64,000 nucleotides of DNA from Pusillimonas sp. (GTDB lineage Bacteria > Pseudomonadota > Gammaproteobacteria > Burkholderiales > Burkholderiaceae_B). The DNA lies in NCBI GenBank assembly GCA_040391135.1, contig JBEBYL010000013.1:3778-67777 (forward strand), read 5' to 3'. Positions 1-9,322 of the stretch are shown piece after piece. Position 1 is the stretch's first letter. Every line of letters starts with the position of its first letter. A program made the position numbers and the translations under genes. The notes beneath the pieces were generated by a model. The model worked only from the letters and a program-made list of their open reading frames with translations, searched no databases and was not told the origin of the DNA.

Positions 1-1097
1 ACGGCTGCGCCCAGTCCGGGCTCGTCCGATGGGCTTACGCAGCCGTTTTCATCAAGGCTGTCCGCGCGGCGGGTAAGGCGGTCGCGAAACAGATTCTCTT
101 TGGCGGTGTCGGCTTCAAAATATCCGCCGTTGTCGATGGAGGCCAGCACATGGATGCTGGAAGCCATGTTCAATCCCGTTGCGCAGGTGTGCGGGCACAA
201 GGGAAGCCGCCAGGCCGAGCCCAGCGCCGCAATGCGCATCAGTTCGGTAATGCCTCCGGCCTTGGATGCATCGGGCTGAAGAATGCCAACCGCCTTGTCT
301 TCGATCAGGCGGGCGAATTCATAGCGGGTGTAGTGGTTCTCGCCGGCCGCCAGGGGCGTCGCCCCGAGCAGGGCCGCCGCGGTGGCGTAGCTGCGATAAT
401 CGTGTGGCGCGAACGGTTCTTCCAGCCAGATCACCCGGCATTCCCGCAGCGCGGAAGCCACATTGCGCACATCCGTCAGCGAGTAGGCGGTATTGGCGTC
501 CGCCATGATGCCCAGTTCGTCGCCGAACGCTTTCCGTACGGCCTGAAGGCGCTCGATATCCAGCGCCGCGGTGTCGCCCAGGCGAAGCTTGATCGCCCGA
601 TAGCCCTGTTCCCGCAAGGCGTGTACCTCGTTGACCAGGGTGTCGGGCGCCTGGAAGCCCAGGGATATGCCGCCGGCATAGGCGGGAATGGGCTTGCGCG
701 ATCCCCCCAGCAGGCGATAGACGGGCCAGCCGACCGCCTGGCCCCGGATGTCCCATAGCGCCTGGTCGATGCCGCTGAATGCCAGGGCGGCGGCCGTGCC
801 CATGCCGTGGCTGGCCATCTGCCGCATGTAGACCTTATCCCAGATGCGATTGACTTCATCGGCCGGCATGCTCAGCAGCAATTGCTGCAAGGTGGTGTTT
901 ACCAAGTGGGCGATCGCACCCGGACAGCGGCCGTGATGCGACTCGCCCCAGCCTACCAGTCCGCCGCGCGTCACGATCTTGATGATCACGCAGTCGCGCT
1001 TGACCGCCCGGCCTATGCCCAGCGTCACGCCATCGCGGACGGGCACGGATGACGCGATGGCCCGCAGTTCGACGATGTCCAGATCGGTCTTTGTCAT
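1..1097 (-). CDS. Enolase-superfamily enzyme (mandelate racemase/muconate lactonizing enzyme family), 3' end cut by window edge
   Basis: My own reverse translation from ATG at 1097-1095 gives MTKTDLDIVELRAI...GWGESHH...AIKLRLG...IMADAN...WLEEPF...AAGEN...LQPD, the typical MR/MLE metal-ligand and K-x-K layout. It is absent from the ORF track because no stop lies in the window. The start overlaps the upstream gene's stop (ATGA). Confidence 0.85.
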   Translation of the reverse strand, partial: MTKTDLDIVELRAIASSVPVRDGVTLGIGRAVKRDCVIIKIVTRGGLVGWGESHHGRCPGAIAHLVNTTLQQLLLSMPADEVNRIWDKVYMRQMASHGMGTAAALAFSGIDQALWDIRGQAVGWPVYRLLGGSRKPIPAYAGGISLGFQAPDTLVNEVHALREQGYRAIKLRLGDTAALDIERLQAVRKAFGDELGIMADANTAYSLTDVRNVASALRECRVIWLEEPFAPHDYRSYATAAALLGATPLAAGENHYTRYEFARLIEDKAVGILQPDASKAGGITELMRIAALGSAWRLPLCPHTCATGLNMASSIHVLASIDNGGYFEADTAKENLFRDRLTRRADSLDENGCVSPSDEPGLGAA

Positions 1098-2071
1098 GTC
1101 TTGCCTCCCTGCGCGGCGCAGCGGCCGGGCCATGCTTCGGGATTCACCAGGTATTCGGGCCGCTCGCCCGCCATCATCTGCAGAAGCTGCTTGACGGTGC
1201 CCGAACTCATATCGTTGAAGCTCTCGGCCGTGACCCCGGCAACATGCGGTGTCAGCAGGACATTGTCCAGGCCGAAGAAGGCATGCGCGGGGTTCAGGGG
1301 CTGGTTCGCGTAGACGTCCAGCGCCGCTCCCCGTATCCGCTTTCCTTGCAGGGCGGCGATCAAGGCTTGTTCATCCACGATTGCGCCACGGGCGGCATTC
1401 AACAGGATCGCGTTCTTCTTCATGCCTTGCAGTTCCTGCATGCCGATCATGCCGCGCGTTTCGTCGGTCAATGGGCAGCACAGCGCCACGTAGTCGCTAT
1501 TGGCCAGCAGGTCGGCAAGCGATGCCGGCCGCACATTGGCGGGCAGTGGGATACCGGGCCGTTGCAAGCCAAGCACTTGCATGCCGAATCCCGCAATGCA
1601 GGCTTGTGCCAGGCCTTGGCCGATAGTGCCGACGCCGATGACGCCCAGCGTCTTTCCCGACAACTGCGTGGCAACGGAGGTAAGCGCGCGTCCGGCATCC
1701 CAGCCTTGCGCCCGGGTGGCCGCTTCCATGCGCGACAAGGGCCGAGCAAAGGCGAGCATGGCTGTAACGTAATACTCCACGACCGCCTGGGCGTTCGCGC
1801 CGGGGACATTGGCCACAGGAATGCCCAACCGCGTGGCGGCCTGTACTGGAATCAAGTCCAGGCCCGTGCCATGCCTGACCACGCCCCGCAGCCGGGTACC
1901 GTATTCGAAGATGTCGTCAGGCAGCTTGTTGCGCACGACAAGGAAGTCCGCATCCGCAATGGCGGCTCGATAGCCCGCGACGCTGCGGTCGGTCATGACA
2001 AGGACCTCGGCCTGTTCTCTTAATTGATCGGCAGCCGCGGGGGCCATGGCTTCCGTGCACAGGATTTTCAT
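1094..2071 (-). CDS. D-isomer-specific 2-hydroxyacid dehydrogenase (NAD-binding)
   Basis: The track ORF 1094..2260 is trimmed to the internal start MKILCTEA at 2071. It has the GxGxxG motif GVIGVGTIGQG and the LLTPHVAG catalytic-His region. There are 4-nt ATGA overlaps with both neighbouring genes. Confidence 0.85.
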   Translation of the reverse strand: MKILCTEAMAPAAADQLREQAEVLVMTDRSVAGYRAAIADADFLVVRNKLPDDIFEYGTRLRGVVRHGTGLDLIPVQAATRLGIPVANVPGANAQAVVEYYVTAMLAFARPLSRMEAATRAQGWDAGRALTSVATQLSGKTLGVIGVGTIGQGLAQACIAGFGMQVLGLQRPGIPLPANVRPASLADLLANSDYVALCCPLTDETRGMIGMQELQGMKKNAILLNAARGAIVDEQALIAALQGKRIRGAALDVYANQPLNPAHAFFGLDNVLLTPHVAGVTAESFNDMSSGTVKQLLQMMAGERPEYLVNPEAWPGRCAAQGGKT

Positions 2072-2421
2072 GGCTGGGCGCCCTCCGCTTCGCTGTAGGC
2101 CGGACCGTGGGCCCACGGCGAAAACTCGGCGGGCAGCAGTATTTTGTTTTCCTGTGTCAGGACAAAGGGCTGGACCTTTGCCGCATAGGATTTCCAGTCC
2201 GGGTTGGACAGCAAGATCGCGCGGCGGCGGGCCCGGTCGGCAAGGTCTTCGTACGCCCACATGTGCACGACTTGATTCAAAGTGCCCATCTCGGACAGGA
2301 AGTAGCCCAGCAAGTGGCCAAGAATGGGGCGCTGGATGGCCAGGCCCTCGTTCTGGTATGCCTTGACATACTGGGCCGCCTTGCCGCAGTGGCAGGTATA
2401 GATGCGTTCTTCGATGATCAT
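2068..2421 (-). CDS. NIPSNAP family protein
   Basis: The 117-aa ORF MIIEERIYTCHCGK...VVHMWAYEDLADRARRR has NIPSNAP-like length and motifs. It is the first gene of a three-gene minus-strand operon. Confidence 0.7.
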   Translation of the reverse strand: MIIEERIYTCHCGKAAQYVKAYQNEGLAIQRPILGHLLGYFLSEMGTLNQVVHMWAYEDLADRARRRAILLSNPDWKSYAAKVQPFVLTQENKILLPAEFSPWAHGPAYSEAEGAQP

Positions 2422-2444
2422 GTAGTGGTCAACACCTTTATAAA

Positions 2445-2473
2445 CACTTATAGTCCTGTGTAGGACTTTAGTG
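2445..2473. promoter_or_regulatory. Candidate GntR-family operator (imperfect palindrome)
   Basis: CACTtatAGTCCTgtgtAGGACTttAGTG has a perfect 6-bp inverted repeat (2452-2457 / 2462-2467) nested in CACT/AGTG arms. It sits in the divergent promoter region between the NIPSNAP operon and the GntR gene. Confidence 0.35.
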
Positions 2474-2555
2474 TCGTCTGCCTTTACATCCTTGTCAAGA
2501 CCGCAGCCGATTTTTTTTGTGCAACAGCCTTTCGACGTAGGGATAAACTATCGCC

Positions 2556-3311
2556 ATGACAATAAAACCCTCTCGCTCGCTACCCGACATCCGCTTGGCT
2601 GGTCCTGAAGGTCTGCCCAAATATTTGCAGCTCAAGAACGCCTTGGCGGAAGAGATTGCGGCGGGACGGTGGAAGGCCGAAGAGCAGTTGCCTGCCGAAG
2701 ATGTTCTGGTGCAGGCTTCAGGCTTCAGCCTGGGCACGGTGCAGCGCGCGCTGCGCTTGCTGGTCGACGAGGGGATTCTTGTTCGTCGCCATGGCTCGGG
2801 GACTTTTGTGGCCAAGCAGTCCCATCCCCTGGGAGGGCCGTTTCAGCACTTCCGCTTCGTCAACGATGCCGGAGACGGCATTCTGCCGATCTATACCACC
2901 GTGCTGAAGCGCTTTATCGTGAAGGAAGCGGGGCCTTGGGACGCCTTCCTGGAGAGTGGGGAAATTGTCTGTATCGACCGCGAGTTCTCGATCAACAACG
3001 AGTTCTCGCTATACGTTCGAATCTTTTTTTGCACCATCCGCTTCCCGGAACTTACGTCCATCGACACGGCGAAATTGAATGGGGTCAGTTTCAAGGATCT
3101 TCTGTTTCGAAGATACCGCCAGCGGACCGCCTCGTATACAGAGCAAATGAGCGTCCAGGCGCTTCCCGCCTTCGTTACCCAGGCGCTGAAGCTGCCGAAA
3201 GGAACGGTTGGCGCGCGCCTGGATATCGTTGCGCGCGATACAAGAGGGGATGCCATCTATGTGCAGTACGCTTACATACCGCCCAACGCCAGACAATTAT
3301 TGATGTCTTGA
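2556..3311 (+). CDS. GntR family transcriptional regulator (HutC/UTRA-type)
   Basis: The N-terminal winged helix is LPKYLQLKNALAEEIAAGRW...LPAEDVLVQASGFSLGTVQRALRLLVDEGILVRRHGSGTFV. The C-terminal length of about 150 aa fits an effector domain. Confidence 0.85.
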   Translation: MTIKPSRSLPDIRLAGPEGLPKYLQLKNALAEEIAAGRWKAEEQLPAEDVLVQASGFSLGTVQRALRLLVDEGILVRRHGSGTFVAKQSHPLGGPFQHFRFVNDAGDGILPIYTTVLKRFIVKEAGPWDAFLESGEIVCIDREFSINNEFSLYVRIFFCTIRFPELTSIDTAKLNGVSFKDLLFRRYRQRTASYTEQMSVQALPAFVTQALKLPKGTVGARLDIVARDTRGDAIYVQYAYIPPNARQLLMS

Positions 3312-3347
3312 GCGAAAATCATTTGAATCGAATATGGAATTCTTATC

Positions 3348-3764
3348 GTGAAAATATGGCTCACCATGGCAGCCCTGGCGGCTGCATCCTCTTTTGCTCA
3401 TGCGGCCGACAAGGCCATCACTGTTTACCAGGATCCCAACTGCGGATGCTGTTCCGGCTGGGTCCAGCACATGCGCGATGCCGGCTTTGACGTGAAGGCC
3501 GTGAAAACAGCCGACATGGCCACGGTCAAGCAGAAGCTGGGTGTGCCGATGAACTTGAGCTCATGCCATACCGGCGTGGTGGAAAAAACAGGGCAGCTTA
3601 TCGAAGGCCATGTGCCCGCCAATGTGGTAAACAAGCTCTTGGCGGATTCCTCCGTCAAGGGGGTTGCGGCGCCCGGCATGCCCTTGAATGCCCCGGGCAT
3701 GGGCGAGCTTGACGGCAATCTGGTCACGGTCGATTTTTCGGGCAAGCCGTTTTCGCGGGATTGA
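3348..3764 (+). CDS. DUF411/CopG-like periplasmic metal-binding protein
   Basis: It has a GTG start and the signal peptide MKIWLTMAALAAASSFAHA. The CGCCSGW and SCHT cysteine motifs are typical of DUF411 copper-resistance-associated proteins. Confidence 0.65.
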   Translation: MKIWLTMAALAAASSFAHAADKAITVYQDPNCGCCSGWVQHMRDAGFDVKAVKTADMATVKQKLGVPMNLSSCHTGVVEKTGQLIEGHVPANVVNKLLADSSVKGVAAPGMPLNAPGMGELDGNLVTVDFSGKPFSRD

Positions 3765-3904
3765 ATGCCAGTAATACGGCCAGTGCGGCCAGCCTAAGTA
3801 TGACGCCGGGAACCTGCCGCCTGAAATCGGGTCAACAATAGGTCCATTGGATGCCGCGGGGCATACCTTGGCATTCCCTTTATTCCAAGAATAGGTAAAC
3901 CGAT

Positions 3905-4603
3905 ATGTCCATACAGCAACTGTTGCAGCAAGTTCTTCAATCCGGCCAAAGCATGGCCCAGGATGCCGGCAGCAAGATGAATCAGGCGGCGCCCGGCATC
4001 AGCTCGACGCTGGGCGGCTTTGGCGGGGGCGCGCTTACCGGCGGCGTATTGGGGCTGCTCCTGGGCAACAAGAAGTTTCGCAAGATGGGCGGCAGCGTGG
4101 CCGCGTATGGCGGAGCCGCGGCGCTGGGCGCCCTGGCCCTGAAGACCTACCAGGACTGGCAGCAGAAATCGGCCGAGCAGGCGGCGGTTTCCAATCCCGC
4201 GCAAATCGCGCCGCCGCCACTCTCGGCGCCGGCCGCAATACCCGCGAGCCAGCTTGAAGAGCATAGCCGGACGATATTGGCGGCGATGATCGCCGCCGCC
4301 AAGGCGGATGGGCACATAGGCGCCGAAGAGCGCCAACTGCTGGATGCGGAGATCGCCAAGGCCGGCAGCCAAGCCGACCGTGACTGGTTCGACGCGCAAC
4401 TGGCCAAGCCGTCGGATCCCACGGAAACCGCCGCCCTGGCAAAAACGCCGGAACAGGCGGCCGAGGTCTATCTGGCCAGCCTGCTGGTCATCGACGAGCA
4501 AAGCTATATGGAGCGCGCCTATCTGGACGAGCTTGCCCGCCAGATGCCGCTGCCCGAAGGGTTGAAGCTGGAATTGGAAGAAAAGGTGCGCAGCCTGGCT
4601 TAA
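3905..4603 (+). CDS. DUF533/YebE-like (TerB-fold) inner-membrane protein
   Basis: A Gly-rich TM segment (GGFGGGALTGGVLGLLLG) is followed by a C-terminal AAMIAAAKADGHIGAEERQLL TerB-like motif. Confidence 0.65.
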   Translation: MSIQQLLQQVLQSGQSMAQDAGSKMNQAAPGISSTLGGFGGGALTGGVLGLLLGNKKFRKMGGSVAAYGGAAALGALALKTYQDWQQKSAEQAAVSNPAQIAPPPLSAPAAIPASQLEEHSRTILAAMIAAAKADGHIGAEERQLLDAEIAKAGSQADRDWFDAQLAKPSDPTETAALAKTPEQAAEVYLASLLVIDEQSYMERAYLDELARQMPLPEGLKLELEEKVRSLA

Positions 4604-4630
4604 GCGCCGGGACCGCCGGCAGGCAGGACT

Positions 4631-5536
4631 TTATTCGCTGCCGGTGCCCGCCGGCATATGCACAGGATCGAAGTGCGTCATCACGTCCAGCACGGGCTCG
4701 TTCTGCATGACCCGCTTGCGCGCTTCAGTGGCGATGGCGTGTCCTTCCGTGATGGTCAGGTCACCATCCATTTCCAGGTCGACCTCGACCCAGATCATGT
4801 CGCCCAGCTTGCGGGTCTTCAGCCCGTGTATGCCGTGCAAGCCCGGGGTGGACAGCAAGTGGGCGCGGATTCTTTCCTCGGTTTCCTCGTCCACCGCCGA
4901 GTCCATCAAGTCGTTGAACGAGCCGAAGAAGAATCGCCAGCCCATGCGTATGATCATCAGCCCCACCACCAGCGCCGCCAGCGGATCGGCCAGGTGGAAT
5001 CCACCAAGGTTGGCCAGGATGCCCAGCGCCACCACCAGGGATGATGCCGCGTCCGAGCGCGCGTGCCAGGCATTGGCGACCAGCATGGATGAACGCACCC
5101 GCTTGGCGACGCGCAGCATGTAGCGGAACAGCAGCTCCTTGGATGCCAGGGCCAGCAGGGCGACCACGAGCGCGGCGCTGTGCACTTCGGGAATGGCCTG
5201 CGGGCTTTGCAGCTTGACGAAGCTGTTCCACAGCATGCCTATGCCGACCGACAGCAGCAGGGCGCCGATGATCAGCGAAGCGGCCGTCTCGAAACGCCTG
5301 TGGCCGTAGGGATGGTCGGCGTCGGGCGCTTTCTGGCTGTGTTTGTTGGCGACCAGCACGACGCCGTCGGACACCAGGTCGGACAGCGAATGAATGGCGT
5401 CGGCCACCAGGGCCTGCGATTGCGCGAACAGCCCCACGACCAGTTGGATGATGGTCAGCACAATGTTGACCGCAACGCTGACCAGGGTGCTGCGGTGGCC
5501 GGCAGCCTGGCGATCGGGAGCGATGTGCGGGCTCAT
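4631..5536 (-). CDS. Cation diffusion facilitator (CDF) family metal efflux transporter
   Basis: ALVADAIHSLSDLVSD (TM2 HxxxD) and AWHARSDAASS (TM5) are CDF signature motifs. The gene starts 8 nt after the metG stop on the same strand. Confidence 0.85.
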   Translation of the reverse strand: MSPHIAPDRQAAGHRSTLVSVAVNIVLTIIQLVVGLFAQSQALVADAIHSLSDLVSDGVVLVANKHSQKAPDADHPYGHRRFETAASLIIGALLLSVGIGMLWNSFVKLQSPQAIPEVHSAALVVALLALASKELLFRYMLRVAKRVRSSMLVANAWHARSDAASSLVVALGILANLGGFHLADPLAALVVGLMIIRMGWRFFFGSFNDLMDSAVDEETEERIRAHLLSTPGLHGIHGLKTRKLGDMIWVEVDLEMDGDLTITEGHAIATEARKRVMQNEPVLDVMTHFDPVHMPAGTGSE

Positions 5537-5544
5537 GGGCGGCG

Positions 5545-7617
5545 TTAATTGATGCGCATGCCGGGCTGGGCGCCCGGCCAGGGCTCAAGAATATAGATGC
5601 CCGGATCGGTTTTTTCGTCGTTGTGGCTGGCCGCCAGCACCATGCCTTCGGATACGCCGAAGCGCATCTTGCGGGGAGCCAGATTGGCCACCAGGACGGT
5701 CAGCTTGTCGATGAGATCGGCCGGCTGGTACGAAGACTTGATGCCCGAGAACACCTGGCGGTGGCGGCCTTCGCCCACATCCAGCGTCAGGCGCAGCAGC
5801 TTGTCGGAGCCGTCGACGGCTTCGCAATTTACGATGCGTGCGATGCGCAGGTCCACCTTGGCGAAGTCCTTGATGTCGATGAGTTCGGCGATGGCTTCGC
5901 CGCCGGGCGTGGGCACGGGTTCGGCGGGCGGCTCGAAAAGGTCGTCGAGCATCTTGGGCTCCACGCGCTGCATCAGGTGCTTGAAAGGCGCGATCCGGGT
6001 CGGCAGCTGGCCGGCATCCGACCAGAGGTAGGCGTCCGTAGCGCCGAACAGGTCGCGCGCCACCTTGTCGGCAAGGATCGGCAGCACCGGCGTCAGCATG
6101 ACCGACAGGGCCTTGAAACCGGCCAGGGCGCGCGAGCATACATTTTGCAGGCCGGCCTTCTGTTCGTCGCCGGCGCTGGCAATGCCCTTGGCCATGACCC
6201 AGGGCTGGGCGGCATCGAAGGCCTGGTTGATCTGGTCGGCATGCGCCATGATGCGGCGTATGGCGCGGCCGTATTCGCGCTGTTCGAAATCGGCGCGCAC
6301 CGTTTCCGCCACCTGCGCCAACTCGGCTTGCAGGGCCTGGGTGTCGCCCAGGTAGGCCAGTTGGCCGTCGAAATGCTTGCTGATGAAATTGGCGGCGCGG
6401 CTGGCGATGTTGACGTACTTGCCGACCAGGTCGCTGTTGACGCGGGCGATGAAGTCCTCGGGGTTGAAGTCCATGTCTTCGACCCGGGCGTTCAGCTTGG
6501 CGGCGATGTAGTAGCGCATCCATTCGGCGTTCATGCCGAGTTCCAGGTAGCGCAGCGGCGAAATGCCGGTGCCGCGGCTCTTGGACATTTTTTCGCCGCT
6601 GACGGTGATGAAGCCATGCACATGCAGGCCGTCGGGTGTTTTCCTGCCGGAGAACTTCAGCATGGCGGGCCAGAACAGGGCGTGGAAATACACGATGTCC
6701 TTGCCGATGAAATGCACTTGCTCGGTATCGCTGTCGGGCGCCGTCAGCGCGTCGAAATCCAGGCCCTGCTTGTCGCAATAGGCTTTCAGCGAGGCCAGGT
6801 AACCCACCGGCGCGTCCAGCCAGACATAGAAGTACTTGCCCGGGGCATCCGGAATGGGGATGCCGAAATAGGGCTCATCGCGCGAGATGTCCCAGTCGGC
6901 CAGCTTGGCCTCGCCGTCATCGCTGCCCGTGCCCAGCCACTCGCGGGTCTTGGCCAGCACTTCGGCTTGCAGGCGCTTGTTGCCGCTGGCATTGCTGCCG
7001 GTGGTCCAGGCCTGCAGGAACTCGACGCAGCGCGGATCGGACAGCTTGAAGAAGAAGTGCTCGGACGACTTCAATACCGGCGTGGCCTTGGTCAGCGTGG
7101 AGTAGGGATTGATGAGCTCGGTGGGCGCGTACACGGCCCCGCAAACTTCACAGGAGTCGCCGTACTGGTCCTTGGCATGGCAGCGCGGGCATTCGCCCTT
7201 GATGTAGCGGTCGGGCAGGAACATGCCCTTGACGGGATCGTAGAATTGCTCGATCGTGCGCGTGTCGATGAAGCCGGCGGCCTTCAGGCGACGGTAGATA
7301 TCTTGCGACAGGGCGACGTTCTCGGCCGAATCGGTGGAGTGCCAATGGTCGAACGCGATGTGGAAGCCGTTAAGGTACTGGGGGCGTTCGCCGGCGTAGC
7401 GGGCCACCAGGGCCTGCGGCGTGATGCCTTCGCTTTCCGCCTTGAGCATGATGGGCGCCCCATGGGCATCGTCCGCGCCGACGAAATGCACCGTATGCCC
7501 CGACATTCGCATGGAACGAACCCAGATATCGGCCTGAATGTATTCCATGATGTGGCCGATATGGAAGGAACCGTTGGCGTAAGGCAGGGCAGTGGTTACG
7601 AATAGCGTGCGAGGCAT
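5545..7617 (-). CDS. metG: Methionine--tRNA ligase
   Basis: The 690-aa ORF has the HIGH motif ([11 protein letters not shown]), KMSKS, a zinc knuckle (CPRCH...CEVCG) and a C-terminal tRNA-binding (EMAP/Trbp111-like) domain. Confidence 0.97.
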   Translation of the reverse strand: MPRTLFVTTALPYANGSFHIGHIMEYIQADIWVRSMRMSGHTVHFVGADDAHGAPIMLKAESEGITPQALVARYAGERPQYLNGFHIAFDHWHSTDSAENVALSQDIYRRLKAAGFIDTRTIEQFYDPVKGMFLPDRYIKGECPRCHAKDQYGDSCEVCGAVYAPTELINPYSTLTKATPVLKSSEHFFFKLSDPRCVEFLQAWTTGSNASGNKRLQAEVLAKTREWLGTGSDDGEAKLADWDISRDEPYFGIPIPDAPGKYFYVWLDAPVGYLASLKAYCDKQGLDFDALTAPDSDTEQVHFIGKDIVYFHALFWPAMLKFSGRKTPDGLHVHGFITVSGEKMSKSRGTGISPLRYLELGMNAEWMRYYIAAKLNARVEDMDFNPEDFIARVNSDLVGKYVNIASRAANFISKHFDGQLAYLGDTQALQAELAQVAETVRADFEQREYGRAIRRIMAHADQINQAFDAAQPWVMAKGIASAGDEQKAGLQNVCSRALAGFKALSVMLTPVLPILADKVARDLFGATDAYLWSDAGQLPTRIAPFKHLMQRVEPKMLDDLFEPPAEPVPTPGGEAIAELIDIKDFAKVDLRIARIVNCEAVDGSDKLLRLTLDVGEGRHRQVFSGIKSSYQPADLIDKLTVLVANLAPRKMRFGVSEGMVLAASHNDEKTDPGIYILEPWPGAQPGMRIN

Positions 7618-7855
7618 GTCGGAGGACGTCTATGAAAAAGTGAAGAAAAGCGGGGGACTGCCAATTTTAGGGCTTTCCCCGGCATCATGCTGAACACGCA
7701 AGCATAGCAGGCCGGCAAGGGGCTGCCGCCCATGGCCGGATTTCGGACCGGACAGGCACCCGTGCAGAGCCTATTGGTGATGAATTGTTAAGTTTGGTAT
7801 GCGAATGCCAGCATGGGCGGCCGCGCTGGCTATGATGGCGCCGCCATCGATGCCT

Positions 7856-8104
7856 TTAGGGGATTTCTCGCATTTCGATATCGGTGACGTCCTTGTTTTT
7901 AAAGACGTTTTTGGCCGAATTAGGCTTGCGGCGCTGTTCCCAGTAAGCCTTTACGCCGAAGGGGCGGCCCTTGATGCGGGCCACCACATACAGGATGGCG
8001 ACGGCGATGGCGGTCGAAATCATGAATATGAATGCCATGGCCATACCGAAAACGGCCAGCACCAGAAACAAGATACCGCGGAGAATTTGATTAAATGTAT
8101 TCAT
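7856..8104 (-). CDS. Small hypothetical membrane protein
   Basis: MNTFNQILRGILFLVLAVFGMAMAFIFMISTAIAVAILYVVARIKG has two hydrophobic helices. It lies between the divergent metG and apbC genes in a lower-G+C patch. No family was recognised. Confidence 0.35.
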   Translation of the reverse strand: MNTFNQILRGILFLVLAVFGMAMAFIFMISTAIAVAILYVVARIKGRPFGVKAYWEQRRKPNSAKNVFKNKDVTDIEMREIP

Positions 8105-8232
8105 ATTAATTACGTAGACCCCACAAGGGGAAAATAATTCCCCCAATCGGAGCGTCCGTTTGGGGAAAATAAATTCTTCTATCCGCTATTCTTGAGGCTT
8201 CGGTGTATTTTTTTCAAGCAAGGCCTATAGTC

Positions 8233-9318
8233 ATGAGCTCAAATCCTGAACAAATACTTGGTGCGCTATCCGAAGTGACGGATCCCCACACCAAGAAGAA
8301 GCTTGCCGTTACGGCGAAGAACTGTGAAATACAGTTGAAGGGAACGGACCTAGATATCACTGTACCCCTTGGTTATCCATCGCACAATGGGCATGCGGAA
8401 TTGCAGAAACGGATTGAAACCGCTTTGGCTCCGCTAGGGCTGGCCTTGAAATCCCTGCGCGTGAAGACGGCCATCGAGACCCATGCCGTGCAGCCTGGAT
8501 TGAAGCCCTTGCCCAATGTCCGCAACATCGTGGCCGTGGCTTCGGGCAAGGGCGGTGTCGGCAAGAGCACCACCGCCGTGAACATTGCCCTGGCCCTGCT
8601 GAATCAGGGAGCCCGGGTAGGCTTGCTGGATGCCGATATCTACGGTCCCAGCGTGCCCATCATGCTGGGCCTGTCGGGCAAGCCCAAGAGCCTGGACGGC
8701 AAGACCATGGAACCCCTGGTGGGGCATGGCCTGCAGGCCAATTCCATCGGCTTCCTGATCGAAGAGGATTCGCCGGCCATCTGGCGCGGCCCGATGGTGA
8801 CGCAGGCGTTGACGCAGCTGCTGAATCAGACCAACTGGAACGACCTGGACTACCTGATTGTCGACATGCCGCCCGGAACCGGCGATATTGCCTTGACGAT
8901 GGCGCAGAAGGTGCCGCTGACCGGCGCCGTCATCGTTACGACGCCGCAGGATCTGGCCCTGGCCGATGCGCGCAAAGGCTTGCGCATGTTCCAGAAGGTG
9001 AACGTTCCGGTGCTGGGCGTGGTCGAAAACATGTCCATGCACATTTGCTCGAACTGCGGCCACGCCGAGCCTATCTTCGGCGAAAACGGGGGGCGCAACA
9101 TGGCGGCGGAGTTCAATTTGCCCTGGCTGGGCTCATTGCCCCTGCAATTAAGCATACGAACCCAGACCGACTCGGGTAATCCCAGCGTGATTGCCGAACC
9201 CGCGGGAGAGGCGGCCAGGGCCTATAACGACATTGCTCAACGCATCGCCGCCAATGTGGCGGCCCTGCCGCGCGATATGTCCGGCAAGATGCCCACGGTC
9301 GTGGCAAGGAAGACTTGA
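8233..9318 (+). CDS. apbC: Fe-S cluster carrier ATPase ApbC/Mrp
   Basis: It has the deviant Walker A SGKGGVGKST, the CxxC motif (ICSNCGH) and an N-terminal DUF59-like region. The start is set at the internal MSSNPEQ. Confidence 0.9.
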   Translation: MSSNPEQILGALSEVTDPHTKKKLAVTAKNCEIQLKGTDLDITVPLGYPSHNGHAELQKRIETALAPLGLALKSLRVKTAIETHAVQPGLKPLPNVRNIVAVASGKGGVGKSTTAVNIALALLNQGARVGLLDADIYGPSVPIMLGLSGKPKSLDGKTMEPLVGHGLQANSIGFLIEEDSPAIWRGPMVTQALTQLLNQTNWNDLDYLIVDMPPGTGDIALTMAQKVPLTGAVIVTTPQDLALADARKGLRMFQKVNVPVLGVVENMSMHICSNCGHAEPIFGENGGRNMAAEFNLPWLGSLPLQLSIRTQTDSGNPSVIAEPAGEAARAYNDIAQRIAANVAALPRDMSGKMPTVVARKT

Positions 9319-9322
9319 TTTA

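Noticed and set aside
5623-7605. A 660-aa plus-strand ORF covering the whole of metG.
   Set aside because: It is an antisense shadow ORF, as expected in high-G+C DNA, with an Ala/Gly/Arg-rich featureless translation. The opposite strand encodes an unmistakable MetRS.
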